Source: Utricularia gibba
Lineage: Eukaryota; Plantae; Magnoliophyta
DNA length: 14,471 bases
Reading direction: 5' to 3'
Assembly (NCBI GenBank): GCA_002189035.1
Contig: NEEC01000246.1
Span: 1 to 14,471 of the forward strand
The translations under genes and the position numbers were made by a program. The notes under the pieces were generated by a model. The model searched no databases, was not told the DNA's origin, and worked only from the letters and a program-made list of their open reading frames with translations. Of this stretch, positions 1 through 10,600 are shown one piece after another (the stretch's first letter is position 1; each line of letters starts with the position of its first letter).

Positions 1-408
1 AAGCTTTCAACACGGAAGCTGACCGGCACGGAAGGGGGTTCGAAACGGTATGCCGGGCGCAGCATGACTCATCACGGTTTTCAGGATATGCCGAAATACC
101 GAACGGTGTGCGAGGCCACCATGAGGCTGCACGTAGGGACACACCCAGAGCTTGTTCAGAGATCGCCTCGAAAACCATACTTCACGTCATCCAATAAAAC
201 GCAGATGTTTTGCAAGCGAAAAATCACAATCGCGTCGATTCTCGTGTTCCGAGTCGCATCGTCGCGAACGTGGTGGCCAATTTGTGGCACATCTGAAGGC
301 TAAGATAAGGCGATAATTCGAGCTTTGATGCATCCTCGGACGAAGAAGCTTTCAACACGGAAGCTGACCGGCACGGAAAGGGGTTCGAAACGGTATGCCG
401 GGCGCAGC

Positions 409-417
409 ATGACTCAT
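409..417. promoter_or_regulatory. AP-1/GCN4-type consensus ATGACTCAT, one per monomer (sequence match only)
   Basis: Exact match to ATGA(C/G)TCAT. Copies with the CAGCTGACTCAT variant keep the TGACTCA core. There is no evidence of binding or function. Confidence 0.2.
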
Positions 418-547
418 CACGGTTTTCAGGATATGGCCGAAATACCGAACGGTGTGCGAGGCCACCATGAGGCTGCGGTAGGGACACACCCAGAGCTTGT
501 TCAGAGATCGCCTCGAAAACCCATACTTCACGTCATCCAATAAAACG

Positions 548-640
548 CAGATGTTTGCAAGGCGAAAATCACAATCGCGTCGATTCTCGTGTTCCGAGTC
601 GCATCGTCGCGAACGTGGTGGCCAATTTGTGGCACATCTG
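548..640 (+). other. Imperfect nested inverted repeat (potential hairpin or cruciform), present once per monomer
   Basis: Pairings: CAGATGT 548-554 with ACATCTG 634-640; CACAA 570-574 with TTGTG 627-631; TCGCGTCGAT 575-584 with ATCGTCGCGA 603-612 (9 of 10 pairs); CTCG 586-589 with CGAG 595-598 closing a 5-nt loop. Function is not shown. Confidence 0.55.
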
Positions 641-3600
641 AAGGCTAAGATAAGGCGATAATTCGAGCTCTGATGCATCCTCGGACGAAGAAGCTTTCAA
701 CACGGAAGCTGACCGGCACGGAAAGGGGTTCGAAACGGTATGCCGGGCGCAGCTGACTCATCACGGTTTTCAGGATATGGCCGAAATACCGAACGGTGTG
801 CGAGGCCACCATGAGGCTGCATAGGACACACCCAGAGCTTGTTCAGAGATCGCCTCGAAAACCCATACTTCACGTCATCCAATAAAACGCAATGTTTTGC
901 AAACCGAAAATCACAATCGGGTCGATTCTCGTTTTTCCGAGTCGCATCGTCGCGAACGTGGTGGCCAATTTGTGGCACATCTGAAGGCTAAGATAAGGCG
1001 ATAATTCGAGCTCTGATGCATCCTCGGACGAAGAAGCTTTCAACACGGAAGCTGACCGGCACGGAAAGGGGTTCGAAACGGTATGCGGGCGCAGCATGAC
1101 TCATCACGGTTTTCAGGATATGGCCGAAATACCGAACGGTGTGCGAGGCCACCATGAGGCTGCGGTAGGGACACACCCAGAGCTTGTTCAGAGATCGCTC
1201 GAAAACCCATACTTCACGTCATCCAATAAAACGCAGATGTTTTGCAAGGAAAATCACAATCGCGTCGATTCTCGTGTTCCGAGTCGCATCGTCGCGAACG
1301 TGGTGGCCAATTTGTGGCACATCTGAAGGCTAAGATAAGGCGATAATTCGAGCTTTGATGCATCCTCGGACGAAGAAGCTTTCAACACGGAAGCTGACCG
1401 GCACGGAAAGGGGTTCGAAACGGTATGCCGGGCGCAGCTGACTCATCACGGTTTTCAGGATATGGCCGAAGAAATACTGATGAGGCTGCGTAGGGACACA
1501 CCCAGAGCTTGTTCAGAGATCGCCTCGAAAACCCATACTTCACGTCACCAATAAAACGCAGATGTTTTGCAAAAAATCACAATCGCGTCGATTCTCGTGT
1601 TCCGAGTCGCATCGTCGCGAACGTGGTGGCCAATTTGTGGCACATCTGAAGGCTAAGATAAGGCGATAATTCGAGCTCTGATGCATCCTCGGACGAAGAA
1701 GCTTTCAACACGGAAGCTGACCGGCAAAGGGGTTCGAAACGGTATGCGGGCGCAGCATGACTCATCACGGTTTCAGGATATGGCCGAAATACCGAACGGT
1801 GTGCGAGGCCACCATGAGGCTGCGGTAGGGACACACCCAGAGCTTGTTCAGAGATCGCCTCGAAAACCCATACTTCACGTCACCAATAAAACGCAGATGT
1901 TTGCAAGGCGAAAATCACAATCGCGTCGATTCTCGTGTTCCGAGTCGCATCGTCGCGAACGTGGTGGCCAATTTGTGGCACATCTGAAGGCTAAGATAAG
2001 GCGATAATTCGAGCTTTGATGCATCCTCGGACGAAGAAGCTTTCAACACGGAAGCTGACCGGCACGGAAAGGGGTTCGAAACGGTATGCCGGGCGCAGCA
2101 TGACTCATCACGGTTTTCAGGATATGGCCGAAATACCGAACGGTGTGCGAGGCCACCATGAGGCTGCAGGTAGGGACACACCCAGAGCTTGTTCAGAGAT
2201 CGCCTCGAAAACCCATACTTCACGTCACCAATAAAACGCAGATGTTTTGCAAACCGAAAATCACAATCGGTCGATTCTCGTTTTCCGAGTCGCATCGTCG
2301 CGAACGTGGTGGCCAATTTGTGGCACATCTGAAGGCTAAGATAAGGCGATAATTCGAGCTTTGATGCATCCTCGGACGAAGAAGCTTTCAACACGGAAGC
2401 TGACCGGCACGGAAAGGGTTTCGAAACGGTATGCCGGGCGCAGCATGACTCATCACGGTTTTCAGGATATGGCCGAAATACCGAACGGTGTGCGAGGCCA
2501 CCATGAGGCTGCGGTAGGGACACACCCAGAGCTTGTTCAGAGATCGCCTCGAAAACCCATACTTCACGTCACCAATAAAACGCAGATGTTTTGCAACCCG
2601 AAAATCACAATCGCGTCGATTCTCGTTTTCCGAGTCGCATCGTCGCGAACGTGGTGGCCAATTTGTGGCACATCTGAAGGCTAAGATAAGGCGATAATTC
2701 GAGCTTGATGCTCCTCGGACGAAGAAGCTTTCAACACGGAAGCTGACCGGCACGGAAAGGGGTTCGAAACGGTATGCCGGCGCAGCTGACTCATCACGGT
2801 TTTCAGGATATGGCCGAAATACCGAACGGTGTGCGAGGCCACCATGAGGCTGCGGTAGGGACACACCCAGAGCTTGTTCAGAGATCGCCTCGAAAACCCA
2901 TACTTCACGTCATCCAATAAAACGCAGATGTTTTGCAAGCGAAAATCACAATCGCGTCGATTCTCGTTTCCGAGTCGCATCGTCGCGAACGTGGTGGCCA
3001 ATTTGTGGCACATCTGAAGGCTAAGATAAGGCGATAATTCGAGCTTTGATGCATCCTCGGACGAAGAAGCTTTCAACACGGAAGCTGACCGGCACGGAAA
3101 GGGGTTCGAAACGGTATGCCGGGCGCAGCTGACTCATCACGGTTTTTCAGGATATGGCCGAAATACCGAACGGTGTGCGAGGCCACCATGAGGCTGCGTA
3201 GGGACACACCCAGAGCTTGTTCAGAGATCGCCTCGAAAACCCATACTTCACGTCACCAATAAAACGCAGATGTTTTGCAAGCGAAAATCACAATCGCGTC
3301 GATTCTCGTGTTCCGAGTCGCATCGTCGCGAACGTGGTGGCCAATTTGTGGCACATCTGAAGGCTAAGATAAGGCGATAATTCGAGCTTTGATGCATCCT
3401 CGGACGAAGAAGCTTTCAACACGGAAGCTGACCGGCACGGAAAGGGGTTCGAAACGGTATGCCGGGCGCAGCATGACTCATCACGGTTTTCAGGATATGG
3501 CCGAAATACCGAACGGTGTGCGAGGCCACCATGAGGCTGCAGGTAGGGACACACCCAGAGCTTGTTCAGAGATCGCCTCGAAAACCCATACTTCACGTCA

Positions 3601-6600
3601 TCCAATAAAACGCAGATGTTTTGCAAGCGAAAATCACAATCGCGTCGATTCTCGTGTTCCGAGTCGCATCGTCGCGAACGTGGTGGCCAATTTGTGGCAC
3701 ATCTGAAGGCTAAGATAAGGCGATAATTCGAGCTTTGATGCATCCTCGGACGAAGAAGCTTTCAACACGGAAGCTGACCGGCACGGAAAGGGGTTCGAAA
3801 CGGTATGCCGGGCGCAGCATGACTCATCACGGTTTTCAGGATATGGCCGAAATACCGAACGGTGTGCGAGGCCACCATGAGGCTGCGGTAGGGACACACC
3901 CAGAGCTTGTTCAGAAGATCGCCTCGAAAACCCATACTTCACGTCATCCAATAAAACGCAGATGTTTTGCAAGCCGCGAAAATGAGGCACACATCGCGAT
4001 CGATTTCTCCGATTTTCCGAGTCGCATCGTCGCGAACGTGGTGGCCAATTGTGTGGCACATCTCGAAGGCTAAGATAAGGCGATAATTCGAGCTTGATGC
4101 ATCCTCGGACGAAGAAGCTTTCAACACGGAAGCTGACCGGCACGGAAAGGGGTTCGAAACGGTATGCCGGGCGCAGCTGACTCATCACGGTTTTCAGGAT
4201 ATGGCCGAAATACCGAACGGTGTGCGAGGCCACCATGAGGCTGCGGTAGGGACACACCCAGAGCTTGTTCAGAGATCGCCTCGAAAACCCATACTTCACG
4301 TCATCCAATAAAACGCAGATGTTTTGCAAGGAAAATCACAATCGCGTCGATTCTCGTGTTTCCGAGTCGCATCGTCGCGAACGTGGTGGCCAATTTGTGG
4401 CACATCTGAAGGCTAAGATAAGGCGATAATTCGAGCTTTGATGCATCCTCGGACGAAGAAGCTTTCAACACGGAAGCTGACCGGCACGGAAAGGGGTTCG
4501 AAACGGTATGCCGGGCGCAGCATGACTCATCACGGTTTTCAGGATATGGCCGAAATACCGAACGGTGTGCGAGGCCACCATGAGGCTGCAGTAGGTACAC
4601 ACCCAGAGCTTGTTCAGAGATCGCCTCGAAAACCCATACTTCACGTCACCCAATAAAACGCAGATGTTTTGCAAGGCGAAAATCACAATCGCGTCGATTC
4701 TCGTGTTTCCGAGTCGCATCGTCGCGAACGTGGTGGCCAATTTGTGGCACATCTGAAGGCTAAGATAAGGCGATAATTCGAGCTTGATGCATCCTCGGAC
4801 GAAGAAGCTTTCAACACGGAAGCTGACCGGCACGGAAAGGGGTTCGAAACGGTATGCCGGGCGCAGCCTCATCACGGTTTTCAGGATATGGCCGAAATAC
4901 CGAACGGTGTGCGAGGCCACCATGAGGCTGCGTTCAGAGATCGCCTCGAAAACCATACTTCACGGTAAGAAACGCAGCCGCGCGTTGACACATCTGATCA
5001 CGGTTTGATCAGGATATGGCCGAAATACCGAACGGTGTGCGAGGCCACCATGAGGCTGCGTAGGGACACACCCAGAGCTTGTTCAGAGATCGCCTCGAAA
5101 ACCCATACTTCACGTCATCCAATAAAACGCAGATGTTTTGCAAGGCGAAAATCACAATCGCGTCGATTCTCGTGTTCCGAGTCGCATCGTCGCGAACGTG
5201 GTGGCCAATTTGTGGCACATCTGAAGGCTAATAAGGCGATAATTCGAGCTTGATGCATCCTCGGACGAAGAAGCTTTCAACACGGAAGCTGACCGGCACG
5301 GAAAGGGGTTCGAAACGGTATGCCGGGCGCAGCATGACTCATCACGGTTTTCAGGATATGGCCGAAATACCGAACGGTGTGCGAGGCCACCATGAGGCTG
5401 CGGTAGGGACACACCCAGAGCTTGTTCAGAGATCGCCTCGAAAACCCATACTTCACGTCATCCAATAAAACGCAGATGTTTTGCAAGCGAAAATCACAAT
5501 CGCGTCGATTCTCGTTTCCGAGTCGCATCGTCGCGAACGTGGTGGCCAATTTGTGGCACATCTGAAGGCTAAGATAAGGCGATAATTCGAGCTTTGATGC
5601 ATCCTCGGACGAAGAAGCTTTCAACACGGAAGCTGACCGGCACGGAAAGGGGTTCGAAACGGTATGCCGGGCGCAGCATGACTCATCACGGTTTTCAGGA
5701 TATGGCCGAAATACCGAACGGTGTGCGAGGCCACCATGAGGCTGCGGTAGGGACACACCCAGAGCTTGTTCAGAGATCGCCTCGAAAACCCATACTTCAC
5801 GTCATCCAATAAAACGCAGATGTTTTGCAAACCGAAAATCACAATCGCGTCGATTCTCGTTTTCCGAGTCGCATCGTCGCGAACGTGGTGGCCAATTTGT
5901 GGCACATCTGAAGGCTAAGATAAGGCGATAATTCGAGCTTGATGCATCCTCGGACGAAGAAGCTTTCAACACGGAAGCTGACCGGCACGGAAAGGGGTTC
6001 GAAACGGTATGCCGGGCGCAGCATGACTCATCACGGTTTTCAGGATATGGCCGAAATACCGAACGGTGTGCGAGGCCACCATGAGGCTGCAGTAGGGACA
6101 CACCCAGAGCTTGTTCAGAGATCGCCTCGAAAACCCATACTTCACGTCATCCAATAAAACGCAGATGTTTTGCAACCCGAAAATCACAATCGCGTCGATT
6201 CTCGTTTTTCCGAGTCGCATCGTCGCGAACGTGGTGGCCAATTTGTGGCACATCTGAAGAGGCTAAGAGCTAAGGCGATAATTCGAGCTCTCGATGCCGA
6301 TCCTCGGACGAAGAAGCTTTCAACACGGAAGCTGGACCGGCACGGAAAGGGGTTCGAAACGGTATGCCGGGCGCAGCATGACTCATCACGGTTTTCAGGA
6401 TATGGCCGAAATACCGAACGGTGTGCGAGGCCACCATGAGGCTGCAGTAGGGACACACCCAGAGCTTGTTCAGAGATCGCCTCGAAAACCCATACTTCAC
6501 GTCATCCAATAAAACGCAGATGTTTTGCAAGGAAAATCGACAATCGCGTCGATTCTCGTTTTCACGAGTCGCATCGTCGCGAACGTGGTGGCCAATTTGT

Positions 6601-7632
6601 GGCACATCTGAAGGCTAAGATAAGGCGATAATTCGAGCTTTGATGCATCCTCGGACGAAGAAGCTTTCAACACGGAAGCTGACCGGCACGGAAAGGGGTT
6701 CGAAACGGTATGCCGGGCGCAGCATGACTCATCACGGTTTTCAGGATATGGCCGAAATACCGAACGGTGTGCGAGGCCACCATGAGGCTGCAGTAGGGAC
6801 ACACCCAGAGCTTGTTCAGAGATCGCCTCGAAAACCCATACTTCACGTCATCCAATAAAACGCAGATGTTTTGCAAGCGAAAATCACAATCGCGTCGATT
6901 CTCGTGTTCCGAGTCGCATCGTCGCGAACGTGGTGGCCAATTTGTGGCACATCTGAAGGCTAAGATAAGGCGATAATTCGAGCCATCCTCGGACGAAGAA
7001 GCTTTCAACACGTGACCGGCACGGAAAGGGGTTCGAAACGGTATGCCGGGCGCAGCTTCGAGGTTTTCAGGATATGGCCGAAATACCGAACGGTGTGCGA
7101 GGCCACCATGAGGCTGAGGGACACACCCAGAGCTAGAGATCGCCTCGAAAACCCATACTTCACGTCATCCAATGCAGATGTTTTGCAAGGCGAAAATCAC
7201 AATCGCAGATTCTCGTGTTCCGAGTCGCATCGTCGCGAACGTGGTGGCCAATTTGTGGCACATCTGAAGGCTAAGATAAGGCGATAATTCGAGCTTGATG
7301 CATCCTCGGACGAAGAAGCTTTCAACACGGAAGCTGACCGGCACGGAAAGGGGTTCGAAACGGTATGCCGGGCGCAGCATGACTCATCACGGTTTTCAGG
7401 ATATGGCCGAAATACCGAACGGTGTGCGAGGCCACCATGAGGCTGCAGTAGGGACACACCCAGAGCTTGTTCAGAGATCGCCTCGAAAACCCATACTTCA
7501 CGTCACCCAATAAAACGCAGATGTTTTGCAGGCCGAAAATCGAAATCGTCGCGAACGTGGTGGCCAATTTGTGGCACATCTGAAGGCTAAGATAAGGCGA
7601 TAATTCGAGCTTTGATGCATCCTCGGACGAAG

Positions 7633-10600
7633 AAGCTTTCAACACGTTTCGAAACGGTATGCCGGGCGCAGCATGACTCATCACGGTTTTCAGGATATGG
7701 CCGAAATACCGAACGGTGGAACCATGTGCGGTAGGGACACACCAGAGCTTGTTCAGAGATCGCCTCGAAAACCCATACACGTCTGCAATGGCTCGGTCGA
7801 TTCAATCGTCGCGATAATTTGGGCGAAGGCTAAGATCGATGAATCATCCTCGGACGAAGAAGCTTTCAACACGGAAGCTGACCGGCACGGAAAGGGGTTC
7901 GAAACGGTATGCCGGGCGCAGCTGACTCATCACGGTTTTCAGGATATGGCCGAAATCCGAACGTTCAGTAGGCCACCTCGAACGCGTAGACAGGCCAGAG
8001 CTTTGATGCATCCTCGGACTGCCCGGTTCGAAACGGGAGCACTGACTTGTTCTTTTGTTTATGTCATCAATAAAAAGTCGCATCGTTGGTGGCGCAGGCC
8101 GATCCATGATCGCTCCTTCTCTTTCAACTTGTTCAGAACGGCACGGAAAGGTAAAACGAAGGCTAGATAAGATCACGAATCGCGTCATTCTCTTTCAACG
8201 AGGCGTCTGCGAACGAGCACGGAAAGGTGGCGACGCAAGGCTAGATACTCATCACGAATTCAGTCATTACCTTTCAACGAGGCGTCTGCGGGTAGGGACA
8301 CACCCAGAGCTTGTTCAGAGATCGCCTCGAAAACCCATACTTCACGTCACCCGCAGATAAGCGAACATCGCGTCGAAATTTAAGCGGGCGCAGAATGCGG
8401 ACGTTTCAACACGGTTTTCAGCTTGACGCATCGTGAGGCTGCGAGGGACACACCCAGTTCAGAGATAAAACCCATGGCCAAAAATCGAAGGGTTGCGGCA
8501 GGCCACGAATGCGGATGCTTCTCGTTTTCCTTGTTCAAGCGACCGGTCACGGAAAAACGCAGAATCTTGCTGCGAAAAGCAGAATGCATCCTCGGACGAA
8601 GAAGCTTTCAACACGGAAGCTGACCGGCACGGAAAGGGTTTCGTGACTCATCACGGTTTTCCCGAAATACCGAACGGTGTGCGAGGCCACCATGAGGCTG
8701 CGATACGATCACGGTGTTTCAGGAAGATAAATACCGAAAACCCATGCATCCTTTTCACACGTGACCGGCCAATAGGGACGCAGATGCTTTTGTTCAGAGA
8801 TCGCCTCGAAAACCCATACTTCACGTCACCCAATAAAACGCAGATGTTTTGCAAGGCGTCGAAATCGTCGCGATGGCCACAATCTGATACGATAATTCGA
8901 ATTTTCCTCGACGGCGTCTGAGGCTGCAGTTTGTGACACATCTCGGAAAGGCTGTTCAAACGATAAATGACATCATCCTCGTTCAGAGATTTCATGATTC
9001 GTCGGCGCAACGGATGGTGAACGAGGCCACCATGAGGCTGCGGTTTCAGCATGGCCGAAAATTCGAAATCGGTGCGAGGCCCCACATCCTCGGACGAAGA
9101 AGCTTTCACACCTGGGTAAAAAATGGTTTCAGGATGCCGAAATTGTTCATCACTCGAAAACCCATACTTCACGTCGTTTTCCCGAGATATCGGCCGAACG
9201 TGGTTTTGTGGCACATCTGAAGGCTAAGATAAGGCGATAATTCGAGCTCGATGGATGATTCTCGGACATGAATCACCAGGAGCTTGTTCAGAGCGACGTC
9301 GGTCACGGAAAGGGGACACAAGAAACGTAAGATCAGAGATGCGGTCGGAAGCTTTTATAGCTTCATGGTCCCGAAATACCGAACGGTGTGCGAGGCCACC
9401 ATGAGGCTGCAGGTAGGGACACACCCAGAGCTTGTTCAGAGATCGCCTCGAAGGCTAAGATAAGGCGATAATTCGAGCATGATGCATCACTCACGAAGAA
9501 GCTTTCAACACGGAAGCTGACCGGCACGGAAAGGGTTCGAAACGGTCGATGCCGGTCGCATCGTCTGGTGGCCAATTTGTGGCACATCTGATCACGAGCT
9601 TTTCACGAAGATATGGCCGAAATTCGACCGAACGGTGTGCGAGGCCACCATGAGGCTGCAGTTTCAGGATACGGCAGCTGAAAATCGAGTCGACCATGTT
9701 TGCATCGTCAACGAGGATATGGCCGAAATTGTGTGTTTCAGGGAAAATACACGGCTAAGATTCTCGATAGATTTCCAATTTGCGAAAACCGAATGCGGAC
9801 GAAGAAGCTTTCAACACGGAAGCTGACCGGCACGGAAAGGGGTTCGAAACGGTATGCCGGGCGCAGCATGACTCATCACGGTTTTCAGGATATGGCCGAA
9901 ATACCGAACGGTGTGCGAGGCCACCATGAGGCTGCGGTAGGACGAGCTCACACCCAGGCTGGCGATTCTCGAAGTCGCATCGTCGCGAACGTGGTGGCCA
10001 ATTTGTGGCACATCTGAAGGCTAAGATAAGGCGATAATTCGAGCTTGATGCATCCTCGGACGAAGAAGCTTTCAACACGGAAGCTGACCGGCACGGAAAG
10101 GGGTTCGAAACGGTATGCTTTCAAGCAAGAACGATCTGACACATTGTTCAGAGATCGCCTCGAAAGGTGTTCGAAATCACCGCGTCGAAGTCGCATCGTC
10201 GCGAACGTGGTGGCCAATTTGTGGCACATCTGAAGGCTAAGATAAGGCGATAATTCGAGCTTTGATGGACTATGGGCACGAAAGAAACGGTAAACTCATC
10301 ACGGTTTTCACGAGAACGCCCACCATGAGGCTGCGGCACGAGAGAGATCGCCTCGAAAACCCATACTTCACGTCATCCAATAAAACGCACATTCATTCTC
10401 GCCGAGTCGCATCGCCGAAAATCACAATCGACGGTTTTCACGTTTCATGACCGTAAAATTGACGGTTTTCAGCGAAGAACGAACCATGAGGCTGCACACA
10501 TAGCGCCTCGAATTTCACGTCGCAGCACGAGTCGAAGTCGCATCGAACGTGGTGGCCAATTTGTGGCACATCTGAAGGCTAAGATAAGGCGATAATTCGA

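Larger units (their letters stand above)
346..690 (+). repeat. Representative monomer of the majority variant (GCAAGGCG...ATCGCGTCG...CTCGTGTTCC)
   Basis: 345 bp; it has TTT where most copies have TTTT, so the consensus is probably 346 bp. Hand count: 87 C, 96 G (53% GC), 32 CpG. Consensus-type copies carry one site each for HindIII (AAGCTT), BstBI (TTCGAA), NruI (TCGCGA), MscI (TGGCCA) and NsiI (ATGCAT). Confidence 0.95.
1..7632 (+). repeat. Ordered block of 22 monomers with scattered small indels and a few locally disrupted copies
   Basis: Spacing is mostly 342-347 bp. Exceptions: 1376-1698 (323 bp, internal deletion), 3756-4114 (359 bp, garbled near 3970-4015), 4805-5270 (466 bp, partial duplication), 6999-7315 and 7316-7632 (317 bp each, deletions). 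Confidence 0.92.

Noticed and set aside
331-358. 5S rRNA-like words on the minus strand (TTGAAAGC...TTCGTCCGA)
   Set aside because: Only two short words resemble 5S as I recall it. There is no internal control region (box A, intermediate element, box C) and no 120-nt colinear match.
376-396. tRNA gene around the TTCGAAA T-loop-like motif
   Set aside because: The flanks do not form a T-stem beyond one pair, and there is no cloverleaf, anticodon arm or acceptor stem.
529-654. Promoter-like cluster (CACGTCA CRE-like 529, CCAAT 537, AATAAA 539, GATAAG 649)
   Set aside because: These short motifs are expected by chance in 346 bp, there is no downstream gene, and the CCAAT context overlaps a variable site.
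346-690. Rolling-circle concatemer of a viroid-like or ribozyme-bearing ~346-nt circular RNA
   Set aside because: The size and GC fit, but there is no hammerhead core (CUGANGA...GAAA) in the consensus on either strand; the nearest is GTGATGAG on the minus strand, with no proper stem II. I recognise no pospiviroid central conserved region or full-length rod pairing. Linked SNP subfamilies indicate multiple templates.
346-690. CENP-B box, alpha-satellite or spliced-leader RNA repeat
   Set aside because: No TTCG-N4-A-N2-CGGG core on either strand. The sequence is GC-rich, unlike alphoid DNA, and lacks the trypanosome, nematode or dinoflagellate SL sequences I know.
346-690. Assignment to a named satellite family of similar length (e.g. 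grass ~340-360-bp repeats, apicomplexan ~350-bp repeats)
   Set aside because: Length alone is not evidence and I do not recognise the sequence; a BLASTN/Dfam search is needed.
1477-1484. CTGATGAG hammerhead-like core
   Set aside because: It occurs in a single copy, created by a deletion junction, with no stem II and GAAA in the correct arrangement.
8041-8130. T-rich stretch in the scrambled zone as a foreign insertion or terminator
   Set aside because: It is short and interleaved with monomer words (CAATAAAA, AGTCGCATCG, CTTTCAAC, TTGTTCAGA), with no terminal repeats, target-site duplication or hairpin-plus-U-tract.
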